A stretch of 64,000 nt of DNA from positions 12,434,948 to 12,498,947 of the forward strand of contig NC_092673.1 of assembly GCF_964355755.1 (NCBI RefSeq). The letters run 5' to 3'. The notes beneath the pieces are model-generated. The model was not told the DNA's origin. It saw only the letters and a list, made by a program, of their open reading frames with translations, and made no database searches. Source of the DNA: Antedon mediterranea. Lineage: Eukaryota; Animalia; Echinodermata. Below, in pieces: positions 1 to 10,921 of this stretch. How positions within the stretch are numbered: position 1 is the stretch's first letter; every line of letters starts with the position of its first letter. A program made the translations under genes and the position numbers.

Positions 1-160
1 GTTGAGGTGGATACCTACCTTTATTTAAACAGTGGTTACAATATCGTTCAATGTAAATAAGCCTGTTTACTAGTTTGTTAATTATTGAAATAACTAGGAA
101 GTTTAGATTTCTAAAGACATTGTAGTCTGTCAATCAGTCGGCAGATTTTAACTTTTAATG

Positions 161-1342
161 ATACGTTGAGTCTGGAAAAAGAGAAAAAACTACAGTTTGG
201 TTTCTACAGGCATGTTTTGTGAGTCTTTGATGAAAAAAAATCAATTACAACGTTTACATGTAGAATTAGCATGTAGCTGAGTTCAGTTGAGTTTCTAGAA
301 CGTGTATGCCGGAATGATGAGGTGTCATTTCTGTACCGTGTCTTAAAATCATTTTCAGTGAGATCGATATCAGTTTCCGAAGTGGATTTGTCTTTGCGTG
401 TCACTGTGACTTGGTATATTACAGACGATTGTAGCTAATTTCCATTAAGCGGGCATGTGTCTTTCTGTCAGCAGTTGCATGTTTTGTTTTCTTGTGTGTT
501 TACCACGGATGTTGATTCAGGCTGGTTAAGTATTCTCTTGTTGTGACTGTCTATTATCTGTTTCATATTGTTCATACAGCTGTAGCTAATCTTGGTGGTG
601 TTTCGGTTAAAGATTTTCCTTAGTTTGTTATCTTTTGGAAAATGTTTGTCCACTAAGGATAAGAATTTCTTTCCAATGTTTGTGCTAACGTTTTTGCTGA
701 ACGGTGGGTTGTAACAGAGAATGTCTTTTCGTTGTCTGTTTTTTCGTCTGCTCTGGGTTACCGGCTCATATTTTAGTGTGTGCTGGTATCCACTGTCGAT
801 AAGAGCTTTTTGGTTTACAGGGGCGGCTTGGTTGAATGAGTTCTTGTCGGATGACAAGGATGAGAGTCATTTATTTATTCCGGCATTACTGTAACGTGGC
901 ATTTGGTTTGGTGTAAGGCTGGTATGTGTTCCTGGTTAGATTGAGTGTGACGTCTAGGAAGTTAATGACTTGTTTGTTTGCTTCTATATGGTTATACGTA
1001 AGCATATGTGGCATATGTATTTTTTAATGTTTTCTGTAACTTTAGGTGTGGTGTCTGTGACGACAAGGTCGTCATCTCTGTAAAGTCCTATATTGATTCT
1101 TAGTTTCTTTTGTAACTGGTATAACAGGAAGCTTCCAACAAGTTCGCCATTTTCTGGACCATCATAACTACCCATAGTCACATCAAATGATGTGGGAACT
1201 TTCTTTTGCCATGGTTGCTGTTTGTGTGACAATGTTGATTTTTTGGTTCAGTATGTATTATGTCTCTTTCGTCAATGGTAATATCTTCGTAGCTAGCAGC
1301 TATGTCTTGTGCTTTGTTCAGCAGATCATTGCTGATAGAGAT
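161..1342 (-). mobile_element. Penelope-like retroelement (PLE), degenerate RT + GIY-YIG endonuclease fragment
   Basis: Broken minus-strand ORFs carry PLE RT motifs (SISNDLLNKA, FDVTMGSYDG..GELVG, GLYRDD, YNPPFSKNVSTNIGKKFLSLVDKHFP, KISYSCMNN) and a GIY-YIG-region motif (LTENDFKTRYRN..SSFRH..NSTELS). Confidence 0.85.
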
Positions 1343-1938
1343 AGATAATAGACAGTCATCCGTGGTAAACACACAAGAAAACAAAACATGCAACTGCCGA
1401 CAGAAAGACACATGCCCGCCTTAACGGAAATTGGCTACAATCATCTGTAACATACCAAGCCACAGTGACACGCAAAGACAAATCCACTTTGAAAACTTAT
1501 ATTGGTCTCACTAAAAATTATTTTAAGACACGGTACAGAAATCTCACCTCATCATTAAACATATTTTGACACTCAAAGACAACAACACAGATTATTCAAT
1601 CTCATGGCGCATCTTGTCATCTACTAAAGCATATAGTAGTGCAAACAAAAAATGCAACTTCTGCCTCAAAGAGAAATTATTTATCATCCGCCACCCTGAA
1701 TTATTGACATTAAACAAACGTAACGAACTTGTGTCCTCTTGCCGTTACAGAAAGAAAGCATTATAACATTCCAAAACATAGCACCTGTACATGCTAATTC
1801 TACAAGTAAATATGCTTATAAAAGCAATGTTGTAATTGTTTTTTTCATTGATGTCTCCTGATGGGCGAGTTGCACGACTCATGAAACAGGCCTGTAGAGA
1901 CCAAACTGTAGTTTTTCTCGTTTTCCATACTCAACGTA
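1343..1938 (+). mobile_element. Inverted second copy of the same PLE 3' part (GIY-YIG end + pLTR)
   Basis: Reverse-complement match to ~161-560. Encodes TYIGLTKNYFKTRYRN and SISWRILSSTKAYSSANKKCNFCLKEKLFII..LNKRNELVSSCR. The head-to-head inversion is typical of PLE insertions. Confidence 0.85.
1853..1901 (+). ncRNA. Minimal type I hammerhead ribozyme-like motif (degenerate) in the PLE pLTR
   Basis: Stem I GTCTC/GAGAC, core CTGATGG (consensus CUGANGA), stem II GAGT-tgcacg-ACTC, GAAA, palindromic stem III CAGGCCTG, then TA at the cleavage position. Confidence 0.7.
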
Positions 1939-2062
1939 TATTTTAGCTCTACTTGACTGTATTGAACACTTTTTAGACTGTTACATTGAACTGAATATTT
2001 ATATTGAAACGATAAAGATGAGGAAATCTGTGAGAATGAGAAAAAGTCGCCCCAACCTATAT

Positions 2063-3900
2063 CAGGGTTTCGAAATAGCACTGGTCCGCCAGCCAATGGC
2101 CAGTTAAATGCGTGACGGACCAGTAAAGCAGCCAATAAACAGGTCCACTTGACAATGACGTTGTATTAGTTAGGCATATGTAGGTCAGCCAGTTTTGTAA
2201 ATGTTTATATCATATGACTAAATAAAAGTGTATTTTCTGGATTTTCTGTTTCTCTTTTCTCTGATAGTACTGATTAACTAACACTATACAAGTGCAGGTT
2301 CACTATATTGGTGCGTATTTGTATCGTGGTATAGTATTTTTTAACATGTGGAAGTACGTTCAAAATGTTTCGAACCCAGCGGAAGATCGAGCCAAAAGGC
2401 AGTGTGACCATCAGTCATATGATCAACAAAACGGCGATGATTGTACAAGCCCGAGTGGGAACACCAATACCATGGCTCGATTATGACAAAGAAAAAGATT
2501 TTATGCCATGTAGGGTTCGTAAGAATGTATATAAAGAGGCGACACTGACTGGACGAAAGAAAACACATTTTTGACTCTGGTACAAGTAATTTCAAAATAG
2601 ATTCAATTAAAGAACATCAAAAAAGTGAAAGTCATTCAGTTGCTATTGGTCAGGAAGATGCAAAGTTCAAAACTCCTGGAACATCTCAAGCTGAAAAAAT
2701 AATTCAAGGGATGAACAAAAACCGTTTTATTCCGGAATGCACACTCAATTTCTAAAAATTGCAGACCACTCACAGATTTTAAATGGATGGCAACACTGGA
2801 CACGGTGAAAGGTGTGGATGTCGGTAGGAAGAACCGTAATGACAGATCGGCTTAACAATTCATACATTATATAGCTGAGGTAAGTTTAGTGTAAACAGCG
2901 CCGCGAACATTAATTTTTAAGATAACTAGGTTTTAATGTAATTAATAGTAAAAAGTAATACTTTGTATGTGCTTGGAAATATGACCTAATATAAAAAAAG
3001 AAAGTAATTTTGGAAATAAATTGAGTATCAACAAATTATTTAATTTTGTAATAATACATTTTTAAAAAGGTGTTTTTTGTTGCAGGTGCAAAGAACACAA
3101 CTTCAGCAGAAGTTAGAAAATGCCAAAATTTTTTCTCACTTATTTCAGATGGAACAACAGATAAGTCTATCACAGAAGCTGAAATTGTATATATTCAATT
3201 TGCAATTGAAGGCACTGCCTACACTGAATTTGATTAAGCAAGCAATAGTTTCAAGTGTAAACAGAAGTTGGTAGGTTTGGGAACAGATGGGGCAGCAGTG
3301 ATGCTTGGCAGAAATAATGGGGTTGCCAAACTAATGAAGGATGAATATAATGATCAACTTCAGGCAGTTCATTGCACAGCACACCGTCTGAAATTTGCAT
3401 TTAAAGATGACATAAAGTTGGTGAATATGTATACAATTCTCAGTACCTTCATGCTCAACCTATACTTATTCTATAATAAGCAGCTCTAAAAACAGAAGTG
3501 GATTGAAGCTTGCAGCAAAGGCAACTAACACAGATCAAGTAGTACCCACCCGAGTTGGTGGTACCAGATGCCCGCCACATCTCCAAAGGGCTTTACAGCA
3601 TATTATATCAGGCTATATTTAAGCACTTGTTACACATTTTAACCAGGTAATGTTAGGAATTTTGTTTATTTCCTATTCTGCAACCTAATAACTAAATGAA
3701 GATCAAATTGGAAAGTAATTTTAATTATAATGTAATTTATTATCATATTATGATACAGTTCCAATGAGTGCCAAGGCTAAGAAAAATCCTACACCAAAAC
3801 GACATGATAAAGTTTCTCTGGCCGGCCAAATTAAAAATAACAGCTGATGTTGCCACTGCAATAAATGCTGCTTCCACTACACTTAAAAAGTACAAGAACA
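2063..3900 (+). pseudogene. hAT transposon remnant, ZNF862-like transposase (intron-containing, frameshifted)
   Basis: CAGGGTTTCGAAATAG terminus at 2063. TTF-type Zn-finger-like PWLDYDKEKDFMPC..TSNFKIDSIKEH, catalytic-region LVGLGTDGAAVMLG..NGVAKLM, AVHCTAHRL and PTRVGGTR. The end coordinate is approximate. Confidence 0.75.
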
Positions 3901-3988
3901 AGCAAGTATAGTGACTTCGATAAATTCAGTTTCCATTGAACAATACCTTTCTAACTAGAGAACATAAATGTCAGTCATTTATTATATC

Positions 3989-4226
3989 TGTTAAAATGTG
4001 CTCTCATTGTACAATAAATGTTACCAATAGCCTACTGGTCATTGACCTATAGATGATAAGTGAAAGTTCCTGTTCTAAGAAATAGATGATATACCGGAAC
4101 TGTCCCCAGACCACAAAGCAATCCATCATTGCTTTGCTCACTCCTTAAGATGATAACATTCTTCTATGTGAATCACTCTTCCATATTTATTCCTACTGTG
4201 TAGATGTGTACTTTGTATAGTTAACA
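3989..4226 (+). repeat. 5' LTR (238 bp; lacks 89 bp present in the 3' LTR)
   Basis: Identical to 8313-8639 except one substitution (ttctaag vs ttataag) and an 89-bp deletion before the terminal TTAACA. Confidence 0.95.
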
Positions 4227-4731
4227 GGTTATGGGCCCAGTAAACGGCTTTTATTTAATGGAGACGAAACTAAGTACGAGTTGTGGGAAGTCAAGTTCCT
4301 AGGACATTTGCACATACAAAAATTAAGTAAAATTATTGTACCTGAAAGCGAATGTGGAGTAGCCGCTCCCGATGAGGCGAAAAATAGTAATGCATTCGCC
4401 GAACTTGTGCAGTACCTGGACGATAGAAGTCTATCTTTGATAATGAGAGACGCAAAGAATGATGGAAGAAAGGCTTTAGGAATCCTGCGGGAACATTATT
4501 TGGGAAAAAGTAAGCCAAGAATTATATCACTATATACTGAGCTTACCTCATTAAAAATGGACGAACACGAACGTGTAACTGACTACGTTATTCGTGCAGA
4601 ACAGCAGCTACAAGTTTAAAAACTGCTAAAGAACAAATCAGCGACAGTTTGCTTGTGGCTATGGTCCTAAAAGGACTACCTCAGCGATTCCGGACAAAAA
4701 GAAAAGGAGATAAACTTTACCGATTTTAAAA
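4224..4731 (+). pseudogene. gag: copia gag N-terminal part, frameshifted and lacking its start codon
   Basis: Open frame TGYGPSKRLLFNGDETKYELWEVKFLGHL..AFAELVQYLDDRSLSLIMRDAKNDGRKALGILREHY. Frameshift near 4600 (RAE/TAATSLKTA continues in another frame) and a further lesion near 4690. Confidence 0.8.
4227..4240 (+). promoter_or_regulatory. Primer-binding site, Drosophila-copia type (internal half of initiator tRNA-Met)
   Basis: GGTTATGGGCCCAG immediately after the 5' LTR. Confidence 0.85.
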
Positions 4732-7700
4732 TTGGCGCTGAGAAGCTTCGAAGAGTCGGAGAAGGCTCAAAGAGAGACAAAAGATGATAGTGTAATGAAA
4801 ACACTAGAAAGTGAAAGAATTGTATGTTTTAAATGTGGAAAGCAAGGCCATAAATCCTTTGAATGTAGAAGTAAACAGAATCGAGGAAGGTGGTGTAAAG
4901 TATGCAAGAATAAAACGCATGACACCAAGTTTTGCAGGAAGAAAAGTAACGTCACTGCGGCAAAATCAGTGCAGCTGGAAAAGGATGAAACTGATGGAGT
5001 TGAATTTGCATTCAAAGCAAGTATTAATAGTAATTTATGTAATGGTAATTTATTGGTAGATTGCGGGGCAACATCCCATATTATAAATGATAAATCAAAA
5101 TTTATAAACCTTGATAAGAGCTTCAATCCAGACACCCATTTCATAGAATTGGCTAATGGCACTAAAACAAATGGGGTAGTCATTGGTAAGGGAGATGCTA
5201 ATGTTCTAATATATGATGTAAATGGCAATCGACACAAAGTCACTCTTGAAAATGCTTTATATGTTCCCTCGTATAAACAAGATATTTTGTCAGTTCAGGC
5301 TGCGGCCAGTAAGGGAGCACAAATTAATTTTGAAAAATATTCAGCCCAACTTAAGGCTCCTAATGGCTCTATTTTCAATATTGTAAAGGAAAATAGATTA
5401 TATTATTCAAATAATTGTAATGATGATTCAGTTAATATGACTTGTGACCTACAAGGTTGGCACAATGTTTTAGGGCATTGTAATTATGATGATATATTGA
5501 AACTACCTAATGTAGTAGATGGTATGAACATACAGGGAAGATGTGATAAACCCAAAATTTGTGATATATGCACTATTAGTAAAATGACGCAAAGTAGAAA
5601 TAGAAAGCCTGATGTCCGTGCAACCAAACTCTTAGAATTGGTCCACACCGATCTGGCTGGACCAATTGCCCCAGTCTCTAGAGAGGGATTTAAGTATGCC
5701 ATATCATTCACAGATGATTATTCAGGAGCTGTGTTTGTATACTTCTTGAAAAATAAAAGTGACACTATATCTGCCACAGAAAGGTTTCTGGCAGATTCTT
5801 CCCCACTGGGAAATGTAAAATGTATTAGATCAGACAATGGTTCTGAGTTCACTTCAAAAGAGTTCAACTCACTCCTTACAAAGAATCGTATAAGACACGA
5901 TACTTCTGCACCCTACTCCCCTCACCAAAATGGGACTGCCGAACAAAACTGGCGAACATTATTTGAGATGGGTAGATGTTTGATTGCACAGTCAAATTTA
6001 GGCAAAGATTTTTGGCCATATGCAATTCTAGCTGCGGCATATATACGTAATCGATGTTTTAACAATCGTGTGCAACAAACTCCATATTTTATGATGACGG
6101 GTCGAAAACCCAATTTGTCTAACATGGGAGTATTTGGATCTGAATGTTATGCATACAAGCAAGACAAAAGTAAATTAGATGATCGTTGTATTAAGGGTAT
6201 ATTTGTTGGATATGATAAGTACAGCCCGGCTTATTTAGTATATTTCCCTGAGAGTGGAAAGATAATGAAATATAGAATTGTTAAATTTAACACAAATAAG
6301 AGTGTCGAGCAACAGATCCAAACAGAAACCGATGATGACGATTACATTCCATTAGATTCCAATAAGGGTAAAACAGATAATTCATCTGAAATTGATAGGA
6401 TACAGGAGACTGCTGATCCATCCAATCTAGAACCCCAACCTGAGGACCAAAGGGTAATTAATGAATCGGGTAACGAAAATGTAAGGTATCCAAGACGGGA
6501 GAGAAAACCTCCATCGTATCTTGAGGATTATGCTACCGATTTAGAGGACAATAATGACCAATTATTATCCAGTATTGATTATTGCTACAAAATTTCAGAG
6601 TTTCCTCAAACTTTTAGGGAAGCTATTAATTCACCAGAGTCCAAGTATTGGCAAACTGCAATGGCAGACGAAATGAAATCCCTTAAGGAAAATAACACAT
6701 TCACTTTAACTACCCTACCCACAGGTATGAATTCAGTGGGAGGACGATGGGTGTACACTACTAAAGAAACTGCCGATGGTTCAAAGAACTATAAGGCAAG
6801 ATATGTTGCAAAAGGGTATAGCCAAATAAGAGGTGTAGATTATAATGAAACATTTGCTCCAACTGCCAGTATGACATCCGTATGTATTTTGATGCAAATT
6901 GCAGCACAACATGATTTGATTTTACATCAGATGGATGTGAAAACTGCTTATCTTAATGCTCCAATTGACTGTGAAATTTATATGGAGCAAGCAGAGGGTT
7001 TTGAAGTCCCTACAAATTCTAACAAAAAGTTAGTATACAAATTAAATAAATCACTGTATGGTTTGAAACAATCTGGCAGAAATTGGAACAATGTATTGCA
7101 TACTTTTCTATGTGAAAATAATTTTGTACAAAACCCTGTTGATCACTGTGTATACACTAAATATGTAGAAAATGAGATGATTGTACTACTCATATGGGTT
7201 GATGATTTAATTATTGCAACAAGTAATGAGTCCGTGATGACAAATGTTAAAGAAATGTTAAAAAGTAAATTCCATATGAAAGATCTTGGTAAACTTTCAT
7301 ATTTTCTTGGTATTGATTTTAAACAATCCAAAGGTTCCGTAAAAATGAATCAAAGTCGATATATAGCAAAAATGCTAGACAAATTTGGAATGACCGATTG
7401 TAAACCAAGGTCTACTCCATGTGAACAGAAACTAGAATGTAATAGCCAGGAGGCCATTGACCCTACAAAATATCGTGAAATTGTAGGTAGTTTAATTTAT
7501 GCTATGACATGTACCCGGCCAGATATAGGCTGGATAGTTACAAAGTTGTCACAATATTTGTCAAATCCAAAAATTGAACACTGGGTGGCAGCTAAACATG
7601 TGTTAAGATATCTCAAAGGTACAATTAATCATGAGTTGTGTTACAGTAAGTGCTCTGAAAATTTAAGATTGATGGCTTATAGTGATGCTGATTGGGCATC

Positions 7701-8139
7701 ATCCCCAGAGGACAGACGTAGTACTACTGGCTACTGTTTTAGTTTAAATAATTGTGGTCCACTTATTTCCTGGAAATCAAAGAAGCAAACCACAGTAGCA
7801 CTGTCATCATGTGAATCTGAATACATGGCACTAGCTGCAACAACTCAGGAATGTTTGTATCTTACACAACTATTAGATGGAATTGTTAGCGGATATCAAT
7901 ATGTGCCTATTCAAATTTTTGAAGATAATCAAGGCACAATTGCCTTAACTAAAAACCCAGTAAGTCGACAAAGGTCCAAGCACATTGACATCCGATATCA
8001 CTTCATACGAAACGTACTAAACGATGGTAAAATAAATGTTGTTTACTGTCCAACAGCTGAAATGGTTGCTGATATTATGACTAAGCCAGCAACAAAATTA
8101 AAGTTAAGTAAATTTAAGAATTTTATTTTTGGACAATGA
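4732..8139 (+). CDS. pol: copia gag-pol polyprotein, C-terminal 1135 aa (Zn knuckles, protease, integrase, RT, RNase H)
   Basis: CFKCGKQGHKSFEC knuckle; LVDCGATSH protease; WH..LGH/CDIC, HTDLAGP, IRSDNGSEF and QNGTAE integrase; YKARYVAKGYSQ, QMDVKTAYLNA, LYGLKQSGR and IWVDDL RT; YSDADWA, EDNQG, KHIDIRYH and ADIMTK RNase H. Confidence 0.95.
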   Translation: MALRSFEESEKAQRETKDDSVMKTLESERIVCFKCGKQGHKSFECRSKQNRGRWCKVCKNKTHDTKFCRKKSNVTAAKSVQLEKDETDGVEFAFKASINSNLCNGNLLVDCGATSHIINDKSKFINLDKSFNPDTHFIELANGTKTNGVVIGKGDANVLIYDVNGNRHKVTLENALYVPSYKQDILSVQAAASKGAQINFEKYSAQLKAPNGSIFNIVKENRLYYSNNCNDDSVNMTCDLQGWHNVLGHCNYDDILKLPNVVDGMNIQGRCDKPKICDICTISKMTQSRNRKPDVRATKLLELVHTDLAGPIAPVSREGFKYAISFTDDYSGAVFVYFLKNKSDTISATERFLADSSPLGNVKCIRSDNGSEFTSKEFNSLLTKNRIRHDTSAPYSPHQNGTAEQNWRTLFEMGRCLIAQSNLGKDFWPYAILAAAYIRNRCFNNRVQQTPYFMMTGRKPNLSNMGVFGSECYAYKQDKSKLDDRCIKGIFVGYDKYSPAYLVYFPESGKIMKYRIVKFNTNKSVEQQIQTETDDDDYIPLDSNKGKTDNSSEIDRIQETADPSNLEPQPEDQRVINESGNENVRYPRRERKPPSYLEDYATDLEDNNDQLLSSIDYCYKISEFPQTFREAINSPESKYWQTAMADEMKSLKENNTFTLTTLPTGMNSVGGRWVYTTKETADGSKNYKARYVAKGYSQIRGVDYNETFAPTASMTSVCILMQIAAQHDLILHQMDVKTAYLNAPIDCEIYMEQAEGFEVPTNSNKKLVYKLNKSLYGLKQSGRNWNNVLHTFLCENNFVQNPVDHCVYTKYVENEMIVLLIWVDDLIIATSNESVMTNVKEMLKSKFHMKDLGKLSYFLGIDFKQSKGSVKMNQSRYIAKMLDKFGMTDCKPRSTPCEQKLECNSQEAIDPTKYREIVGSLIYAMTCTRPDIGWIVTKLSQYLSNPKIEHWVAAKHVLRYLKGTINHELCYSKCSENLRLMAYSDADWASSPEDRRSTTGYCFSLNNCGPLISWKSKKQTTVALSSCESEYMALAATTQECLYLTQLLDGIVSGYQYVPIQIFEDNQGTIALTKNPVSRQRSKHIDIRYHFIRNVLNDGKINVVYCPTAEMVADIMTKPATKLKLSKFKNFIFGQ

Positions 8140-8312
8140 TGTGTTGTGATACACAAACTGTACAATGTAATACATTTTATAAAATTAATATGGTAAATTA
8201 GAGAAACACTTTTATACTTTTATAATTTGATGAATATGCATGTTGTATTATATTTGATTTTTAATATTATTAGTATTACTGTAAAATTAAGAAAAATGAG
8301 AACAAGTGGGAG

Positions 8313-8639
8313 TGTTAAAATGTGCTCTCATTGTACAATAAATGTTACCAATAGCCTACTGGTCATTGACCTATAGATGATAAGTGAAAGTTCCTGTTAT
8401 AAGAAATAGATGATATACCGGAACTGTCCCCAGACCACAAAGCAATCCATCATTGCTTTGCTCACTCCTTAAGATGATAACATTCTTCTATGTGAATCAC
8501 TCTTCCATATTTATTCCTACTGTGTAGATGTGTACTTTGTATAGTTTATTACAATAAAGTTATTATAGTTCTAGATAGAACATTTGTATCTGCGTCAAAT
8601 ACTGTTATCGATATGGCTCACAATCCTACAACCTTAACA
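8313..8639 (+). repeat. 3' LTR (327 bp, complete, contains AATAAA)
   Basis: TGTTAAAA...TTAACA, preceded by the PPT AAGTGGGAG and followed by the TSD ATATC. Confidence 0.95.
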
Positions 8640-8729
8640 ATATCTGTAACCTAATTTGTTTTAGACACATGAAACTAAAATTGCAAAGCCTTGAAGAATG
8701 TCTTGAGTTCAATGGAGAAGGCCTTAACA

Positions 8730-9290
8730 GCAGACACCAGACTTCATCAAGTCATCAAAAAGGTCGATCAAAACAAGACAGCAAAACCGATAAATATGTG
8801 GACATGAACAACAGTGACAGTGATGATCGTGTCATAGATATGATTACAACAGAAACATCACAAGATAACATGATAGACACTGTACAAACACATCAAGACA
8901 CAAGTGGTACATGTAAAGTTAAAATTAACCAATTCAAATAAAGATAAAACCACAAGCATTTATGAACAATTTAAATTAGACACTGGTGTTTAGTGCAACA
9001 TATGTTACCTACTGTAAACTAGGTAGACCAGATATGTTCAAATTAGAGACTAGATTAATATCTTATTCTGGACATGTAATTAAGCCATTGGGTAAATGCA
9101 CGTTAATATGTGAAAGAAAAGGAAAGTTATTTTCAATCAAATTCCAAATAATTGAGGATAAGGCAGCTTGTATTAGGTCTGATGACAATACAAACATTAG
9201 GTCTAGTAGCTAGAGTAGAACTAGTTGATGACGATAAGACAAACACAATCTTAATTAAAAAATATAAAGATGTTTTTAAGGGTATAGGAT
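8730..9290 (+). pseudogene. Ty3/Gypsy protease-region fragment
   Basis: QFKLDTG (8967-8987) followed by LISYSGHVIKPLGKCTL..FSIKFQII and KYKDVFKGIG. Degenerate; boundaries approximate. Confidence 0.65.
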
Positions 9291-9301
9291 GCTAATGACA
9301 G

Positions 9302-9451
9302 GACGAAAACAATGAGGTAGAACTTTCAGTATGGGGGAAACACGCCGACCTCGAACTGTTGCCGGATTTGAAGGTGGAAATTACTGGCGTTGTCATTGCC
9401 GAATGGCAAAACACAAAGAAATTGGAGTCTACAACAACAATGTCATTCAAG
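9302..9451 (+). pseudogene. Orphan 150-nt exon-like segment encoding an OB-fold-like peptide
   Basis: AG...GT flanked, 50 codons: DENNEVELSVWGKHADLELLPDLKVEITGVVIAEWQNTKKLESTTTMSFK. Resembles the RPA/SSB OB-fold pattern (L.LWG...V.I..V.EW...K.L.ST). Confidence 0.4.
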
Positions 9452-10323
9452 GTACGTAAAAATGAAATATACAAACTACAAACAACATTTATTTATTTTT
9501 CTTCAAAAAATGTTTTTCCAGTCAACAACCATGCATGACAATGCAATTAATTTCTCTAATCTTCAATTCCAATGCAAAATATACAAATATTACACCAAGA
9601 CAAATTTATACAAACCATAAAACCTCAACCAAATAGTCTTTGTTATTTTATATAATTCAATTTAATATTAAATGCATTACAACTATTTGTTATTTTTATG
9701 TTGTAAACATCGTGATATGAATTAAATGTCCACTAACTGTCAATTAAAAACGACTTTTGGTCCATATGATTTTTAGTTATCCACTTGGTATACCAAGCGG
9801 ATAACTCCTTGTTTAAAATTATTATTACGATCAATCATTGAAATATATCAAATCTCTCATGAAATAATTTACACATTATTTATTTATAGTACATTGAAGA
9901 AAAACTTGAAATTGTTGGGCAACTCACTGCCATTATATCCATCAAATGATCCATAATGTTCGTAAATATGTAATGTATTGTATGAATTTATATATTTAAT
10001 ATATATTTATTTATATTAGATTTCTACGTTCATATGACCTGCTGGTCACCAGCGAAGAAACAGAGTATGTAATCACGGTCACCGATCTTTCGGACGTCGA
10101 GAGATTACAGAGCTGCCAATACCTGTGCAAATCACAATGGTCAGCAATGGTGCCACAGTAGAGTGCCTGAAAATGACAACGTACTGTGAAGATACTGGAA
10201 CCCAACTTTAAACAATTTTTATATTTTAGTCAGACCTTGTCCTTTTTTTTTGTCTTTCGTGAGAATCGCCAACATTTATTGTCTTTTAATAATGTACACT
10301 TCACATTTAATTCTATAGGTTAT

Positions 10324-10560
10324 CCCTTTGCAAAAAAACCGTATACGAACGTATACGATTTACATACGTTTCGTATATGTTTCGTATAGGAAGTCCACTT
10401 CGTATACGATACGAAACATATACGTCAATTCGGAAGTTCCTGCCCACATAATAAACATATACGAACCGTATACGATCATTTATAAACAATTTCCTAATTA
10501 TACGATACGTATACGACGACGCGTGTATACAAACTGCATCGTATTACCAAGCGAAAAGGG
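10324..10560. repeat. Small MITE-like element rich in CGTATA/TATACG motifs
   Basis: CCCTTT...AAAGGG ends with many direct and inverted CGTATACG-like subterminal motifs. No clean TSD. Confidence 0.35.
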
Positions 10561-10921
10561 ACTGTCCCTCTTTTTACAAGACGACGATAGCATACGTTTA
10601 CGATGGCAGGAGCATCTTGACTTCAATAATTTGTGTACAATTTGTTTTTTTTTCAGTCGGTATATGTACATTAAATTCCCTATGATGATTTAGTTCATAG
10701 TTTTCGCGAATGAAAAAAATTGGTGCTGTATTTTACTAGACATTGTTTTTCTAGCAAGCATAAAAACCCAACCAGGCTGTTCTGCCTTGTTTATCCCCTC
10801 TGCTATTTCTTTACCTTTTGTATGTTCCATTAATAAGTGAATCACACAAAATGTGCTGTTATTAATTTGAAAGTGCTTTAAATAATATTAATGTACTTGG
10901 AAATAAATAAATAAATATTAA

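Larger units (their letters stand above)
3989..8639 (+). mobile_element. Ty1/copia LTR retrotransposon, near full length, recent
   Basis: TG...CA LTRs at 3989-4226 and 8313-8639; 5-bp TSD ATATC (3984-3988 / 8640-8644); PBS GGTTATGGGCCCAG; polypurine tract before the 3' LTR; domain order PR-IN-RT-RH. Confidence 0.97.

Noticed and set aside
4767-5243. 158-aa antisense ORF and other short ORFs within copia pol
   Set aside because: These are shadow frames of the pol ORF with no recognisable motifs.
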